This document shows positions 14,641 through 28,354 of a DNA stretch of 64,000 nt, piece after piece. Position 1 is the stretch's first letter; each line of letters starts with the position of its first letter. The stretch is from Eledone cirrhosa (taxonomy: Eukaryota), in contig OZ024760.1 in NCBI GenBank assembly GCA_964016885.1, positions 19,716,001-19,780,000 on the forward strand, given 5' to 3'. The notes under the pieces are model-generated. The model was not told the DNA's origin and made no database searches. It worked only from the letters and a program-made list of their open reading frames with translations. Made by a program: the position numbers and the translations under genes.

Positions 14641-14757
14641 TCAAACATACATAAAAATAGAGCAGCTTTAGAAAGGACTATAAATACCATAAATGAGAAG
14701 AAAAGAAGGGAAAGAGAAAGGATTACTGGACAAAGGGAGAAGGGGAGAGGGTATCTT

Positions 14758-15470
14758 GGATTATAAAAGCCAGATTAATCAGAGCTCAATACAATTGACT
14801 AAACCTTTGAAGGTGGTGCCCCAGCATGGCCACAGTCTATGTTAACCTTAATCCTGGGCCAAACACCTCATTATATTCTGGCCAGAGTTCTAATGAGTTT
14901 GTTTCTAGGATTATAAATAAAAAAATAATAATTTGTCGATCGACTTTCATCAAATCAGACCGAGGAAACAATGTTTCCATTGGTCTTTCCAATTGCTAAT
15001 ACTATCTATTGGTCGCAACTTCAGGTAGAAGGAGCAATGTGAAATAAAGTGTCTTGCTCAAGGACATAACGCATCGCCTGGTCCAAGAATCGAACTGACA
15101 ACCTCACGATTGCGAATCCAGTTCTTTAACCAATGAGCCACATGCCTTCACTATTATAAAAAGGATTATAAAAAGCTAGATTAATCAGAGCTCAATACAA
15201 GGTAGTGTCCCAGCATGGCCACAGTCCAAGTTAACCTTAATCCTGGGCCAAATATTCTAGCCAGTGTTCTAATGAGTTTGTTTCTAGGATTATAAAAGCC
15301 AGATTAATCACGCCAGTATATATACAAAGTGGTGCCCCAGCATGGCCACAGTCTAAGTTGATCCTAATCCTGGAACAAACATCCCATAATATTCTAGCCA
15401 GTGTTCTAATGAGTTTGTTTCTAGGATTATAAAAGCCAGATTAATCACGCCAGTATATATACAAGGCAGT
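14758..15470. repeat. Degenerate ~120-150 bp tandem repeat containing GTGCCCCAGCATGGCCACAGTC, interrupted by a CORE SINE (14936-15151)
   Basis: GGATTATAAAAGCCAGATTAATC recurs at ~14758, 15163, 15287, 15424. Confidence 0.7.
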
Positions 15471-15985
15471 GAAGAATAAAGTTAATTAAATCAATTTCAT
15501 CTATTCTTAGATTGAGAAATAGATTTATTTTTAGGTGCAAATTATTGGATTTATACATTGCCAAATAAGAAAAGGTTATTTAAGTCGACCCCATGTCAGA
15601 AGGGTCAACTTTACAATATGTTTATCCAACCAAAAACAACAAAAAAACCCCACATAAAGGTCAAAGAGATATGAAAGATAAGAGGAGGTCATACAAGCTG
15701 ACCTCTTGTGCCAGAACATTGGACTTTACAGAATGATATCCTCCCCCCCCCCCCCCCTAAAAAAAAAGGTCAAAATAATGAAAGATCATACTAGCTGACC
15801 TCATGTCAGAATATTCAACTTTACAATATGTTTAGCCCCCCCCCCCCCTCTCTCTCTCTCATGTACAAAAGGTCAAAGAGGTGTAAGGTCAAACAGTACT
15901 TGAACATTCATCAAATAATAATTCTATTGGGATTAATTTATATAGAGAGGTGTGGAGATAATCTTAACAGTAATAGATTGTATGT

Positions 15986-16346
15986 CAGATAGACAGATGG
16001 ATAGATAGATGGATAAACAGATGGATAGACAGATGGATAGACAGATGGATAGACAGATGGATAGACAGATGGATAGACAGATGGATAGACAGATGGATAG
16101 ACAGATGGATAAACAGATGGATAGACAGATGGATAGACAGATGGATAAACAGATGGATAGACAGATGGATAGACAGATGGATAAACAGATGGATAGACAG
16201 ATGGATAAACAGATGGATAGACAGATGGATAGACAGATGGATAAACAGATGGATAGACAGATGGATAAACAGATGGATAGACAGATGGATAGATAGATGG
16301 ATGGTCAGATAGATAGATAGATGGATGGTCAGATAGATAGATAGAT
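15986..16346. repeat. 12-bp tandem repeat (GATAGACAGATG)n, GATA-derived
   Basis: Direct reading; gives the MDRQ-repeat ORF. Confidence 0.95.
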
Positions 16347-16349
16347 ATA

Positions 16350-17095
16350 TTTCTTTATTAGCCACAAGGGCGCACAAGAAAAGGGGACAAAGACATGCCG
16401 GGGATTTTACATACAGTCTTGTAAAATATCTAAAAACAAACAATTACAACAATCGAAATCCCCAATAGGGGGGAGGCACCACAAATGGGTTGTTTAATAC
16501 CCCGTCAATAGAACAACCCTCAGCTCCAGGAGCGTGTTGTGCAAGTGCTCCTTTCTTCCTTTTGCTCTCTTCTTCAACCTACAGGCTTATAAACAGAGAA
16601 GGCCCAACCACTCGGGCCATTTTCGCTTCATTCACCCACCTTTCAGTAAATTTACTGGGGTGCAGTACCTCTCTCTCCACCCTGATTCTCCTAAAGTGAT
16701 AGATAGATAGACAGACAGATGGATGGTCAGAAAGATGGATAGCTAGATATCTTTCTTTATTTGCCACAGGGGCGTACAAAAATGGGACATTACAAGACGT
16801 GACGGCGGGGGTTTTACATAAAAATTATATAACTTTAACATTTATAAATAACAATAAACTATATATAATAAAATAACAATTGAAATCCCCAATAGGGGGC
16901 GGGGGAAGTTACTGCAGGGTTGTTTTACACCCCGTGGATAGAACAACCCTCAACACCAGAAACACGTTTTGTAGGTGTTCCCGTCTTCCTTCTGTTAATC
17001 TTCCTCAACCTACAGGTTTATATACAGAGAAGGCCCACTCACTCAGGCCATTTTTGCCACATTCACCCACCTTTCAGCGAATTTACTGTGAAAAT
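16350..17095 (-). mobile_element. Two diverged L1/Tx1-like LINE 3' ends (16350-16700, 16750-17095) inserted in (GATA)n
   Basis: RIRVEREVLHPSKFTERWVNEAKMARVVGPSL* and SKFAERWVNVAKMA*VSGPSL; AATAAA just before the TCTA repeat in each. Confidence 0.6.
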
Positions 17096-17232
17096 TGTGG
17101 GGCATAGTCCTCAAACACTCCTTCTGACAGGTCCTGCCAGAAGCAGCCGTCACTAATTGATCTGGCTGGATCCCCAATACAAATCAATTGATGTTGTCCT
17201 CTAAAAATATCTAAGGCAAGCTGAGACACACA

Positions 17233-18120
17233 TAATAATAATAATAATTAAATTATTGTGTAAAGTGCTCAGGTGCACTACAACTCGTCAAAGGTGCATG
17301 TATAGTACATAGAATAATACACAAATGTCAGGGAAGTGAATAGTGTATGAGTCATGGTATACATGTGTGTATGTGTATGGAGGGGGAATATTAGGTGTAG
17401 TGTTGGCGGATCTCGGGAAGCATGGAGGCCTTAAAGGATGCAGTGTCTCGACAGCTAACAACTGATGCAGGTAGTTTGTTCCATGGAGGCCTTAAAGGAT
17501 GCAGTGTCTCGACAGCTAACAACTGATGCAGGTAGTTTGTTCCATGGAGGCCTTAAAGGATGCAGTGTCTCGACAGCTAACAACCGATGCAGGTAGTTTG
17601 TTCTATGGAGGCCTTAAAGGATGCAGTGTCTCGACAGCTAACAACCGATGCAGGTAGTTTGTTCCATGGAGGCCTTAAAGGATGCAGTGTCTCGACAGCT
17701 AACAACCGATGCAGGTAGTTTGTTCCATGGAGGCCTTAAAGGATGCAGTGTCTCGACAGCTAACAACTGATGCAGGTAGTTTGTTCCATGGAGGCCTTAA
17801 AGGATGCAGTGTCTCGACAGCTAACAACTGATGCAGGTAGTTTGTTCCATGGAGGCCTTAAAGGATGCAGTGTCTCAACAGCTAACAACCACTGCAGGTA
17901 GTTTGTTCCATGGAGCCCTTAAAGGATGCAGTGTCTCGACAGCTAACAACTGATGCAGGTAGTTTGTTCCATGCTTCAGCAACTCTGAGCGTGAAAAAAT
18001 GTTTCCGAAAGTCATGGGAACTGTGCTGTTTTCTGACTTTGTGGGCATGCCCACGTGTGTAAGACACATGGAAATCAAAAAGGTACTCAGGGTTGTTGTT
18101 GGCAAGATGGTTAACAATTT
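17233..18120 (-). mobile_element. CR1-clade LINE 3' end with internal 61-bp tandem array (9 units, 17421-17969)
   Basis: TRGHAHKV..FRKHFFTLRVAEAWNKLP..SFK motif typical of the CR1 ORF2 C-terminus; (TTA)n tail. Confidence 0.85.
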
Positions 18121-18809
18121 TGGCATTACCTGCAATGATAGCAAGGCTGAGGCACTTGAATAGCTAAGCGCACCTTCCCAAACCTCACCTGACACTTCAG
18201 GGAGGAAGACAAACAAACGAATGTATAATTCTGTTAACATTGAACTCCATTAAAACAATCAATGTTGAATATGTTCATGTTTCAGTAATAATTTACCGAA
18301 GACTATATCAAAGTTATATAGATGATATAACAACAACGACAACAACAGTATAGATTACAGAGAAATGTGTTAATATAGACGGAACAACAACAATAACAAC
18401 AATATATATAATAGGTTATAAAATTAGCAGACATCACAATATTCACTTTGATTTAATGGTTTACAAGCAATAAAATCTAGAGATTTACTAATTAATCAGA
18501 GACTTTGTAAATAATTAATATATAAAAGAGACTCCTTACCACTAATTGCTTTGATGAAACTAGTTTAGTAGCCAGTGACATGTTGGTTTAGTAAAACTAA
18601 TACAAGTTTTGGTGTGAACTGGTATAATATTAATATAGAATATATACACGCACTGTTACTATATTATATTATATTATATACACACTGGAACATATACATG
18701 CACTGTTACTATAATATATCATTTTATATACACACACTGAACTATATACACTCACCTTTACTATAATATATCATTATATACACTCACCATTATTATAATA
18801 TAATATATG

Positions 18810-19504
18810 TAACTGGCTGCTCATACTGATGTTAAGGTATTGTTCTCAATATAAATAACATCAAAATTTCATAGATTCAATATTATGAGATAAAGCCTTT
18901 ACCGTGAAAAAACAATAATAATTATAGAGTAATGTAAATGCTAAAGGGTTAAACCAGCTGTATCCGGCCAGAATTCTCTCACATGTTTCTGTTCAAACCA
19001 GCTATAACTGGCCACTCATACTGATGTTAAGATATTGTTCTCAAAATAAATAACATCAAAATCTCATAAATTCGGTATTATGTGAGATAAAGTGTTTACA
19101 GTGAAAATTTAATAGTATATATATAGAGTAATGTAAATACAAAAAGGGTTAAACCGGACCTATCCAGCCAGAATTCTCTCACCTCTTTCTGTTCAAACTG
19201 GCTGTAACTGGTCACTCATACTGATGTTAAGGTATTGTTCACAAAATAAATAATATCAAAATCTCTAGATTCGATATTATGTGAGATATTATGTGAGGTA
19301 AAGCCTTTACTGTGAAAATACAATAGTATATATAGAGTAATGTAAATGTTATGCGAGATATTATGTGAGGTAAAGTCTTTACTGTGAAAATACAATAGTA
19401 TATATAGAGTAATGTAAATGTTATGTGAGATATTATGTGAGGTAAAGTCTTTACTGTTAAAATACAATAGTATATATAGAGTAATGTAAATGCTAAAGGG
19501 TTAA
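18810..19504 (+). mobile_element. Three tandem piggyBac-like MITE copies; the last has an internal ~71-bp triplication
   Basis: AAAGGGTTAA ends at ~18952, 19152, 19504. Confidence 0.7.
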
Positions 19505-20072
19505 GCTGAAAAAACAAGCAGCATCACAAGAAATTAACTACTGTGTAAGTATTATGATGAATGTTGCCATTATTTGCAGAATTTCCAGAATCTGCATCTT
19601 CACAGTAATAAATTTACTGAACATGTTGACAAATAAATCTCAGGAAGAACCTTTATTTGGACAATTTAATAGCAGCAATGGCTTATAGCAAACAAGGTGA
19701 GTCGGAACAATGGTTGAAAATTGTACAACTATTATTAAATATTAAATACTGACACTTATACTAAACATAGCTGCTTCATTCTGTGTTCTAAACACACAGG
19801 TGTCATACTAAACAAACTGAAATGACTGGGAAGATAAACAAAACAGGTTTTAGGTCGGAAACAAGAAGAATGGTTGGTGGATTCTACAACACCATTTTCC
19901 TTTATTTAGACCAACAGTAAAAATGGATTGAGAAATATTTGAACAAGGTAATAATATGAGTCAAGACATTCTTCTGAGTTTCATTCGTTTACAGGAAGAT
20001 TCTTTGTCGAGAGAGGAAACACTATTTTGGTTCAACTTAAACACACACAGACACAGACATATATATATACAC

Positions 20073-20105
<33 letters not shown>

Positions 20106-20157
20106 TATACATATATATATACACACACACATATATATATATACACACACACACATA

Positions 20158-20219
<62 letters not shown>

Positions 20220-20248
20220 TATATACACACACACACACACACATATAT

Positions 20249-20303
<55 letters not shown>

Positions 20304-20308
20304 TATAT

Positions 20309-20376
<68 letters not shown>

Positions 20377-20402
20377 ACAGATACATATACATATGTATAT
20401 AT

Positions 20403-20455
<53 letters not shown>

Positions 20456-20547
20456 CATATACACATATATATATACAGATACATATACATATATATATAT
20501 ACATATACATATATATATATACACATACATATATATATATATATATA

Positions 20548-20843
20548 ATGGCTACCCCCTCGTTATCGAGTATGGCCATTGCACGATACACCATTATTAA
20601 TAATTATCAATCAATGCTACTGTGCAATGCCTGTGCATGAAATTTTTTTTTTAGTCAGGAAAGACTGTGCACTGAGCCAATCCCACTCTCTGAGCGACAG
20701 TAGCTATAACCCGAAAAGAAGAAAAGATCAACATCATTGGTAACTACTGAGCCGCAGGTTTTATGTCGGAGTTAACCCAGTTTCCTGAGTTGCCTTCTCC
20801 TAGAAGAATGCCCTGACAAATGCTAGGGGTCCTTCACTCCCAG
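20548..20843 (-). mobile_element. RTE-derived non-autonomous element R1
   Basis: Near-identical to 5421-5792 but without the SINE insert. Confidence 0.65.
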
Positions 20844-20882
20844 ATATATATATATATAGATAGATAGATATATACATACACA

Positions 20883-21233
20883 TGGAGGCACATGGCTTAG
20901 TGGTTAGAGCATTGGCCTTGCAATCGAAAGGTTGTGAGTTCAATTCTCAGACCGGGTGATGTGTTGTTTCCTTGAGCAAGACACTGTATTTCACATTGCT
21001 CCAGTTTACTCAGCTGTAGAAATGAGATGATAGGGACTGGGGTCCCTATCATTCCACTGCAAAGTGGTCGTGGAGGTGCCACGGCAAAAAAGCACCCAGC
21101 ACTCACTGTAAATGAGGTTGGTGTTAGGAAGGGCATCCAGCTGTAGAAATCAAGCCAAAATCAGTTCCCGTCCCACCCTTGCAAGCAGGAAAAAGCGGAC
21201 GTAAAATGAAATGATGATGATGATGATGATGAT
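20883..21233 (+). mobile_element. CORE-type SINE variant a, full length
   Basis: TGGCTTAGTGG A box, GAGTTCAATTC B box, CORE-like block, AGGAAGGGCATCCAGC, RTE tail plus (GAT)n. Confidence 0.9.
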
Positions 21234-22402
21234 AGATACATATACACATATACTCTCACACGCAGATACTCATACATGCACACATATACATGCATACATA
21301 TAGACACATATACACATATACTTGTACATACACATATATATATATATATGCATACTCATAGATACATATACATACATGCTCACACACACACACATATATA
21401 TATACACATAGATACAGATACATATAAACATATACTATGCTGAATTTTAATGTATTTTATCATAGCACTAGCATTAGAGAGGTTCTCATAGCTTTGTCGA
21501 AACCAGAGTCATTTTTAATCTAGTCTTCTCTTTATCTGATTGTTAACCACTTTACAGAGTGTATTGGGTGCATTTTATCATGGCATCAGTACGAGAGAAG
21601 TTGGTATAGATTTTGAAAAATATCTTCTACATATTAGAATGGTGGTGCCCCAGCATGGTCTCAGTCAGTCGGCTGGAACCCATAATAGAGTAATATATAA
21701 CCCTTGCTAGCAGGGAGAATGAATGTTAAATGATGATGATGATGATGATGGTGATTATGGTGATTATGGTGGTGGTGAAGAAGAAGAAGGAGAAGGAGAA
21801 GGAGAAGAAGAAGAAGAAGAAGAAGAAGAAGAAGAAGAAGAAGAAGAAGAAGAAGACACACACACACACGTACAAATCATCAATTTTTTTATTTTATATA
21901 TTCCAAATATTCCCTCTTGTCATATCACAATACACAGCTTCTCAAATCTACTTTTATGATGAAAATGAATTAATGCAAAACAGAAAATAAGGAAACAACT
22001 TTAAAAATGCTGTCTATGTTTCATTGATCAGTATAACATTATTTGATAAAATCAATAAGTTGAATTAGAAAGAAAATTGAATTAATTTCTACAACTCACA
22101 CATTGTTTTCTGTATATTCAATTCAACGGGAATAAAGAAATCTAATAAGCAATTTTTTCATGTTAGAAATATATATTTAAAATATTTATCTAATTCACTG
22201 AAAATTATAATTTAAAAAAAAAAATGTTATCATAAATATTATATTTTTTCGTATTTTTTGTAATTACTATTATTATAAATATTATTTTATTATTTTCTTT
22301 AATACAATTTTCTAATTTTCTCAAATATTTTCTAACAAGTTTCTTGTGTTCTTGTTCAAAGAATAATCCAGCAAGCAGGATCTAATGACATTATATAATT
22401 AG

Positions 22403-22794
22403 GGCGGTGGATTGGCAGTATCGGTAGAGGGTCGGACACCATACTTTCCAGCATAGTTACGTCCCTTTATGATCTGAGTTCAAATCCCGCCGAGGTTGAC
22501 TTTGCCTTTCATCCTTATGGGGTCGATAAAATAAAGTACCAGTAATGCACTGGGTAATTGCTGGCCTTGTGCCTAAAGTAGAAACAATTATATAATTAGT
22601 GTGAATTGGCGGTGGATTGGCAGTATCGGTAGAGGGTTGGACGCCATGCTTTCCAGCATAGTTACGTCCCTTTACGATCTGAGTTCAAATCCCGGCGAGG
22701 TCAACTTTGCCTTTCATCCTTACGAGGTCGATAAAATAAAGTACCAGTAATGCACTGGGTAATTGCTGGCCTTGTGCCAAAAAGTAGAAACTAT
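22403..22794 (+). mobile_element. Two tandem full-length SINE A copies
   Basis: 22403-22589 and 22608-22794; TTATATAATTAG occurs before, between and after. Confidence 0.9.
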
Positions 22795-23009
22795 TATATA
22801 ATTAGTGTAACTTATTAACGAGGAAGAACATTGATGCTGAAGTGGACAGAATTCATTTCCGAATTAGAAAATAAAATAATTCAGTTTTCGTAAATGGACA
22901 AAAGAGAAATGTGAATTATTGTCGGAGTTGTGAGAGTTGTCGGAGCGTAGAACAATAAAATAGTTTATAGTATTTGTTCCTGCTCTCAGGATTCTGAGTT
23001 CAAATCCTA

Positions 23010-23737
23010 CCACTAGGCCACAACACTAGGCCTCATCTCTTCACCATAGCCACATGTCTTCACTAGGCCACATGTCTTCACTATAGCCACATGTGTTCAC
23101 TGTAGCTACATGTCTCCACTGTAGCCACATGTGTTCGCTAGGCCACATGTGTTCACTATAGCTACATGTCTCCACTATAGCCACATGTGTTCACTATAGC
23201 CACATGTATTCTCTATAGATAATGTGTTCACTGTAGCCACATGTCTCCACTATATCTATGTGTCCACTATAGCCACATGTGTTCACTGTAGCCACATGTG
23301 TTCACTGTAGCCACATGTGTCCACTATAGCCACATGTGTCCACTATAGCCACATGTCTCCACTATAGCCACATGGCTCCACTATTGCCACATGTGTTCAC
23401 TGTAGCCACATGTGTCCACTATAGCCACATGTCTCCACTATAGCCACATGTGTCCACTATAGCCACATGTCTCCACTATTGCCACATGTCTCCACTATAG
23501 CCACATGTGTCCACTGTAGCCACATGTGTCCACTATAGCCACATGTGTCCACTATAGCCACATGTCTCCACTATAGCCACATGTCTCCACTATAGCCACA
23601 TGTGTCCACTATAGCCACATGTCTCCACTATAGCCACATGTCTCCACTATAGCCACATGTCTCCACTATAGCCACATGTCTCCACTATAGCCACATGTGT
23701 CCACTATAGCCACATGTGTCCACTATAGCCACATGTG
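23010..23737. repeat. 19-bp minisatellite (CCACTATAGCCACATGTST)n
   Basis: Direct reading; degenerate at the 5' end, homogeneous at the 3' end. Confidence 0.95.
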
Positions 23738-23819
23738 TAGCAGCAGTAGACACAGGTGTGAAACATGAGAAAAGCAATGACATCAATTCAATTTCAGTAG
23801 AGACGAGGATCATGACAAT

Positions 23820-23964
23820 GGTGATGATAATAGGGTGGGGATGAGGATGGGGATGATGGGGAAGATAATGATGGCGGTGGTGATGATGATGATGATGATG
23901 ATGATGATGTTGATGATGAAGATGATGATGATGAAGATGGTGAAGTTCATAATGAAGATGAAAG

Positions 23965-24010
<46 letters not shown>

Positions 24011-24060
24011 GGTGTTGATGATGGTGATGGCGGTGGTGTTGATGATGGTGATGGTGGTGG

Positions 24061-24092
<32 letters not shown>

Positions 24093-24316
24093 GTGATGGT
24101 GGTGGTGGTGTTGATGATGATGGTGGTGGTAGTGATGATGATGGTGGTGGTGATGAAGATGATGGTGGTGGTGGTGATGATAATGATGGTGGTGGCGATG
24201 ATGATGGTGTTGGTGGTGATGAAGATGATAATGATGATGATGGTGAAGCTGACAGTGAAGAGGATAAAAAATGGTGGTGATGATGATGATGACAACAATG
24301 ATGATGATGTTGATGA
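23820..24316. repeat. (GAT)n/(GGT)n microsatellite
   Basis: Direct reading. Confidence 0.95.
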
Positions 24317-24558
24317 CTTCATCAATAAATTGTTCATAACAAATCCCAAACAATAGTTTTATTGTTCTAATTTATTGATTATTTCTTCAGATTAATTACA
24401 TTTTTCCTCCTTTGTTTCTACCGAAATATTTGCTGTTTTTTCCATTGGTTTCTAAATGTTTTTTGTCATAAAACCATATTTTGTTTTTTTACTCTGTATA
24501 GACACAGTTACCTCAGTGAGAGTTGCTGGGTCTCAGGGGAAAATATATATACAATCAT

Positions 24559-24605
<47 letters not shown>

Positions 24606-24608
<3 letters not shown>

Positions 24609-25338
24609 TACTCTAAGGTCCTATCTTATCGAGTGCTTTGCTAACTCATCATTTCATATAAGTAGGCCGAATTTACTTGCAAACCGCCAGAGATTCGATT
24701 TTACTGATTTCCAATTATATTATTCTCCTAGATTTAATAATTAACTAATTAATTTAATTAGACAATTATGTTGATTGGTTAATTATTTGTGTTTGTTTTA
24801 TAACATCTAGTCGAGAGCTTATCATGATGATTAGCGGAAATTAAAATATTTCCTTTCGCTAACATTTTGAATGAACCGCCTAAAACCGGGGGTTATTTCC
24901 CTTGCCAGAATTAACATGTGATAACTATAGATACAATAAGCAACATGTAGCAGCAACATATAATTTATCACTCTGGTCCTAGGCAGAACGAAAATCCTGT
25001 TGATAAACTGTATCCTCCGTTCGATCACCAATACCATGAGCTTGCCATTCACGTAAGTCTGATATTTGATTTCGGATTCAAAGAAACACTTTAACGATTG
25101 TTCGTTTGATTTGTCCAGGTGTACTTTTCTCAACCTGATTAGTTCTAACGTTACTCTGGTATGTATTGTGTGTTAGTTTCGCCTACCACAATGTTCGATT
25201 TGTCAAGCTATTTAAACATATGTTATTACTCTGAGGTCCTATCTTATCGAGTGCTTTGTTAACTCATCATTTCATATAAGTAGGCCGAATTTACTTGCAA
25301 ACCGCCAGAGATTCGATTTTACTGATTTCCAATTATAT
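24606..25338. mobile_element. Small element with 115-bp terminal direct repeats (period 618 bp) inside microsatellite
   Basis: 24606-24720 equals 25224-25338 with 2 mismatches; no recognisable coding region. Confidence 0.65.
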
Positions 25339-25419
25339 ATATATATATATATTCACACAGTTACCTCAGAGATAGTTGCTGGGTCTCAGGGGAAAATATA
25401 TACAACTATGTACATATAT

Positions 25420-25450
<31 letters not shown>

Positions 25451-25585
25451 CGCTTATACACACAGCTGGGTCTCAGGGAAAAACATATATATATATATAT
25501 ATATATACACAGTTACCTCAGAGATAGTTGCTGAGTATCAGGGGAAAACATATATATACATATATACATATACACATATATATAT

Positions 25586-25631
<46 letters not shown>

Positions 25632-26216
25632 GTTGCTGAGTATCAGGGGGAAATATATGCAACCACATACATATATATACACATATATACATACACAAAT
25701 ACACATTCACATACACACACATACACATACAAATGCATAGCACACACTATACATCACATAAACACTACATACCACACATTACATAAACACACACATACAC
25801 CACATACCACACACAACATACACACACATGAACACACACATCATAAAAACACACACCACCCTACATCAACCCACACACCATATATATTTATTGCCATCAT
25901 CATCATCACCATCATCATTATTTAATGGCCATTTTCCCTGCCAGCAGTATTTAGACAGGTTGTCATAGATTAAGTGAGTACTTAATCATAGCCAGGGGTT
26001 GATTCTGTTTACACATATTCCTGAACTCTACAGGGACCCTGTTTTATAGTGACACCAGTACTAGGGAGGTTTCATGTCTTTGACATAGCTGAAGAGTCCT
26101 TCTGACCCTTTCTGCTAGCAGATTCTTTATACCATAGAGACTAAACAGGTACTAAATCACATATGTATATGTATATATATATATATAACTATATGTTTGT
26201 ATATATATATATATAC

Positions 26217-26266
<50 letters not shown>

Positions 26267-26392
26267 GTGAGGTTTTTTTTACAAAATGAAAAATAACCAA
26301 GGTGTCATACACGAGTGAAAATATAAAGAGAAAAAGATGAAAGCGAAAATGCAACTGGAGTCTTATATTTTAAAAAATATATATATTTATTT

Positions 26393-26438
26393 GGTTCCTT
26401 TACCGGTTTCGCAGTTTCTCTGCTTTTCAAAAGTAGAG
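26393..26438 (-). ncRNA. Degenerate minimal type I hammerhead ribozyme
   Basis: TTGAAAA-GCAG agaaa CTGC-GAAAC CG GTA; 5' core box mutated; within a TA-flanked island ~26260-26605. Confidence 0.5.
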
Positions 26439-26607
26439 TTGAGATGGAGGGTCTGTGGTTTTTCTCACATCTGGTTGGTCTCTGAATGTTACTTGTTTTA
26501 TATGGAAAAAAGTGGCTCGAAATGCCAGGTTTTTAGAGAAGTAAATTGATTGGTTGGTCAATAATTATAATAAATTTTGTGCCAGTTCGCGTTACAAAGT
26601 TCTATAC

Positions 26608-26638
<31 letters not shown>

Positions 26639-27130
26639 CCAAACTGGCAGTAACCAGCCGCTTATACTAATGTTAAGGTATTGTTCTCAAAATAAATAAC
26701 ATCATAGATTCGATATTATGTGAGATATTTATGTGAGGTAAAGCCTTCACTGTGAAAATACAATAGTATATAAAGAGTAATGTAAATGTTAAAGGTTTGA
26801 AAGGAACTATAGACATACTAAAAGAAAATATGATGAGGTTAAACAGATTTATTATGGTAGCAATTTATATGTATCAATCAAAGGTGTGAAAGTGTGTGGC
26901 TGGTTGGTTAAAGAATTGGATTCGCAATCGTGAGGTTGTGAGTTCGATTCCCGGACTGGGCAATACATTATGTCCTTGAGCAAGACACTTTATTTCACGT
27001 TGCTCCTTCTACCTGGATTTTTTACTGATAGATACTATTAGCAAATGGAAAGACCAATGGAAACATTGTTTCCTCAGTCCAATTTGATTTGATATCTATC
27101 AATATATATATATGTGTGTGTATGTATATA

Positions 27131-27589
27131 TATGCTTGTGTGAGATGTGCGATGTTGCATGGTAGTGAGACATGGGCAGCAACTGCAGAAGATATGCGAT
27201 GGCTGGAGAGAAATGAAGCAAGTATGCTCCGTTGGATGTGCAATGCCAATGTGCGTGAACGACCAAGCATAGACGAGTTGAGAAAGAAACTGGGTATAAG
27301 AGGGATAAGTTGTGGTGTGCAAGAGAGAAGGCTGAGATGGTATGGACAAGTGATGCGTATGGTAAAGAAGTGCCAAGAAACCCCAGTAGAAGGACAATGC
27401 TGTAGAGGTAGACCACGGAAAACACGGGCAGAGGTGGTGAGAGCAAACCTCAGATCGCTGAAGCTTACGGAGGAGATGACGAAGGATCATGACAAGTGGA
27501 GAGATGCTGTGCTGAATAGGACCCGTCCCACCCTTGCAAGCAGGGAAAAGCGGACGTAAAATGATGATGATGATGATGATGATGATGAT
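27131..27589 (+). mobile_element. RTE LINE 3' fragment (RTE-B)
   Basis: MLHGSETW..EASMLRWM..ERRLRWYGQVMR..RGRPRKT..W; (GAT)n tail. Confidence 0.9.
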
Positions 27590-28354
27590 AGCTAACTTTC
27601 TCATTATTAAGATAATGTTAGGAACATAATATAACCCTTTCATTATGTTTCTAATGAAAGACATCATCACCCTCCTCCTTCAGCCTTCTATTCTTCTGTA
27701 ACCCTAGAGCCCTTACCTTTCTCTTCCGTTTTTAAATATTAATTAATATAAACAAAGGTTTAAATAATTAAGCTGGTGTTTGGAACGTAAAGGTTCCGAC
27801 ATAAAATTATGATGAACTGTTTTTAGATAAATATAAACACTTTAAAACAAACAGCTTTGTATCATAAAACCAAGAGCAATTTTCAACTGGCTTGTTGTCA
27901 AAAGGACTGAACTAAACCTGAATCTATTTTAAATATGATAAAATTATTTTAAATAATAACTAGAACAATGTAACGTGATCTTCAAATCTCATTTATTTTC
28001 ATTAAAATAATAACTAGATAGTGATGGGAAAAAAACAGTCAACATAAATTCAACAAAATGATAAAATGAATCATCTCGAAACTGGTGTTTTTTTATATTT
28101 ATTCTCTGACAAAGTGTGAAGATAATAAACTAATTAATTTAGATTAGGAAAAAAAAGAACAATTTCGTTTCTGTAATTACTGCAATTGTTTTTGACATTC
28201 CCAGCAAATTAACTCTTAATGCCCTCTGCCACATGAAACCACATGAAACTACATGATACTACATGATACTACCCGATACCACATTAAGAAAATGTTTTCA
28301 AAAAGCACAAAACAGCATTATGACTGCATCATATTAAGAATTAAGGTCTTTACT

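Noticed and set aside
24620-24670. SECIS element on the minus strand (ATGA..AAA..GA)
   Set aside because: The upper helix is far shorter than in canonical SECIS and there is no associated ORF
24831-25133. 100-aa ORF inside the direct-repeat element as a GIY-YIG or RT fragment
   Set aside because: No recognisable motifs and a non-ATG start
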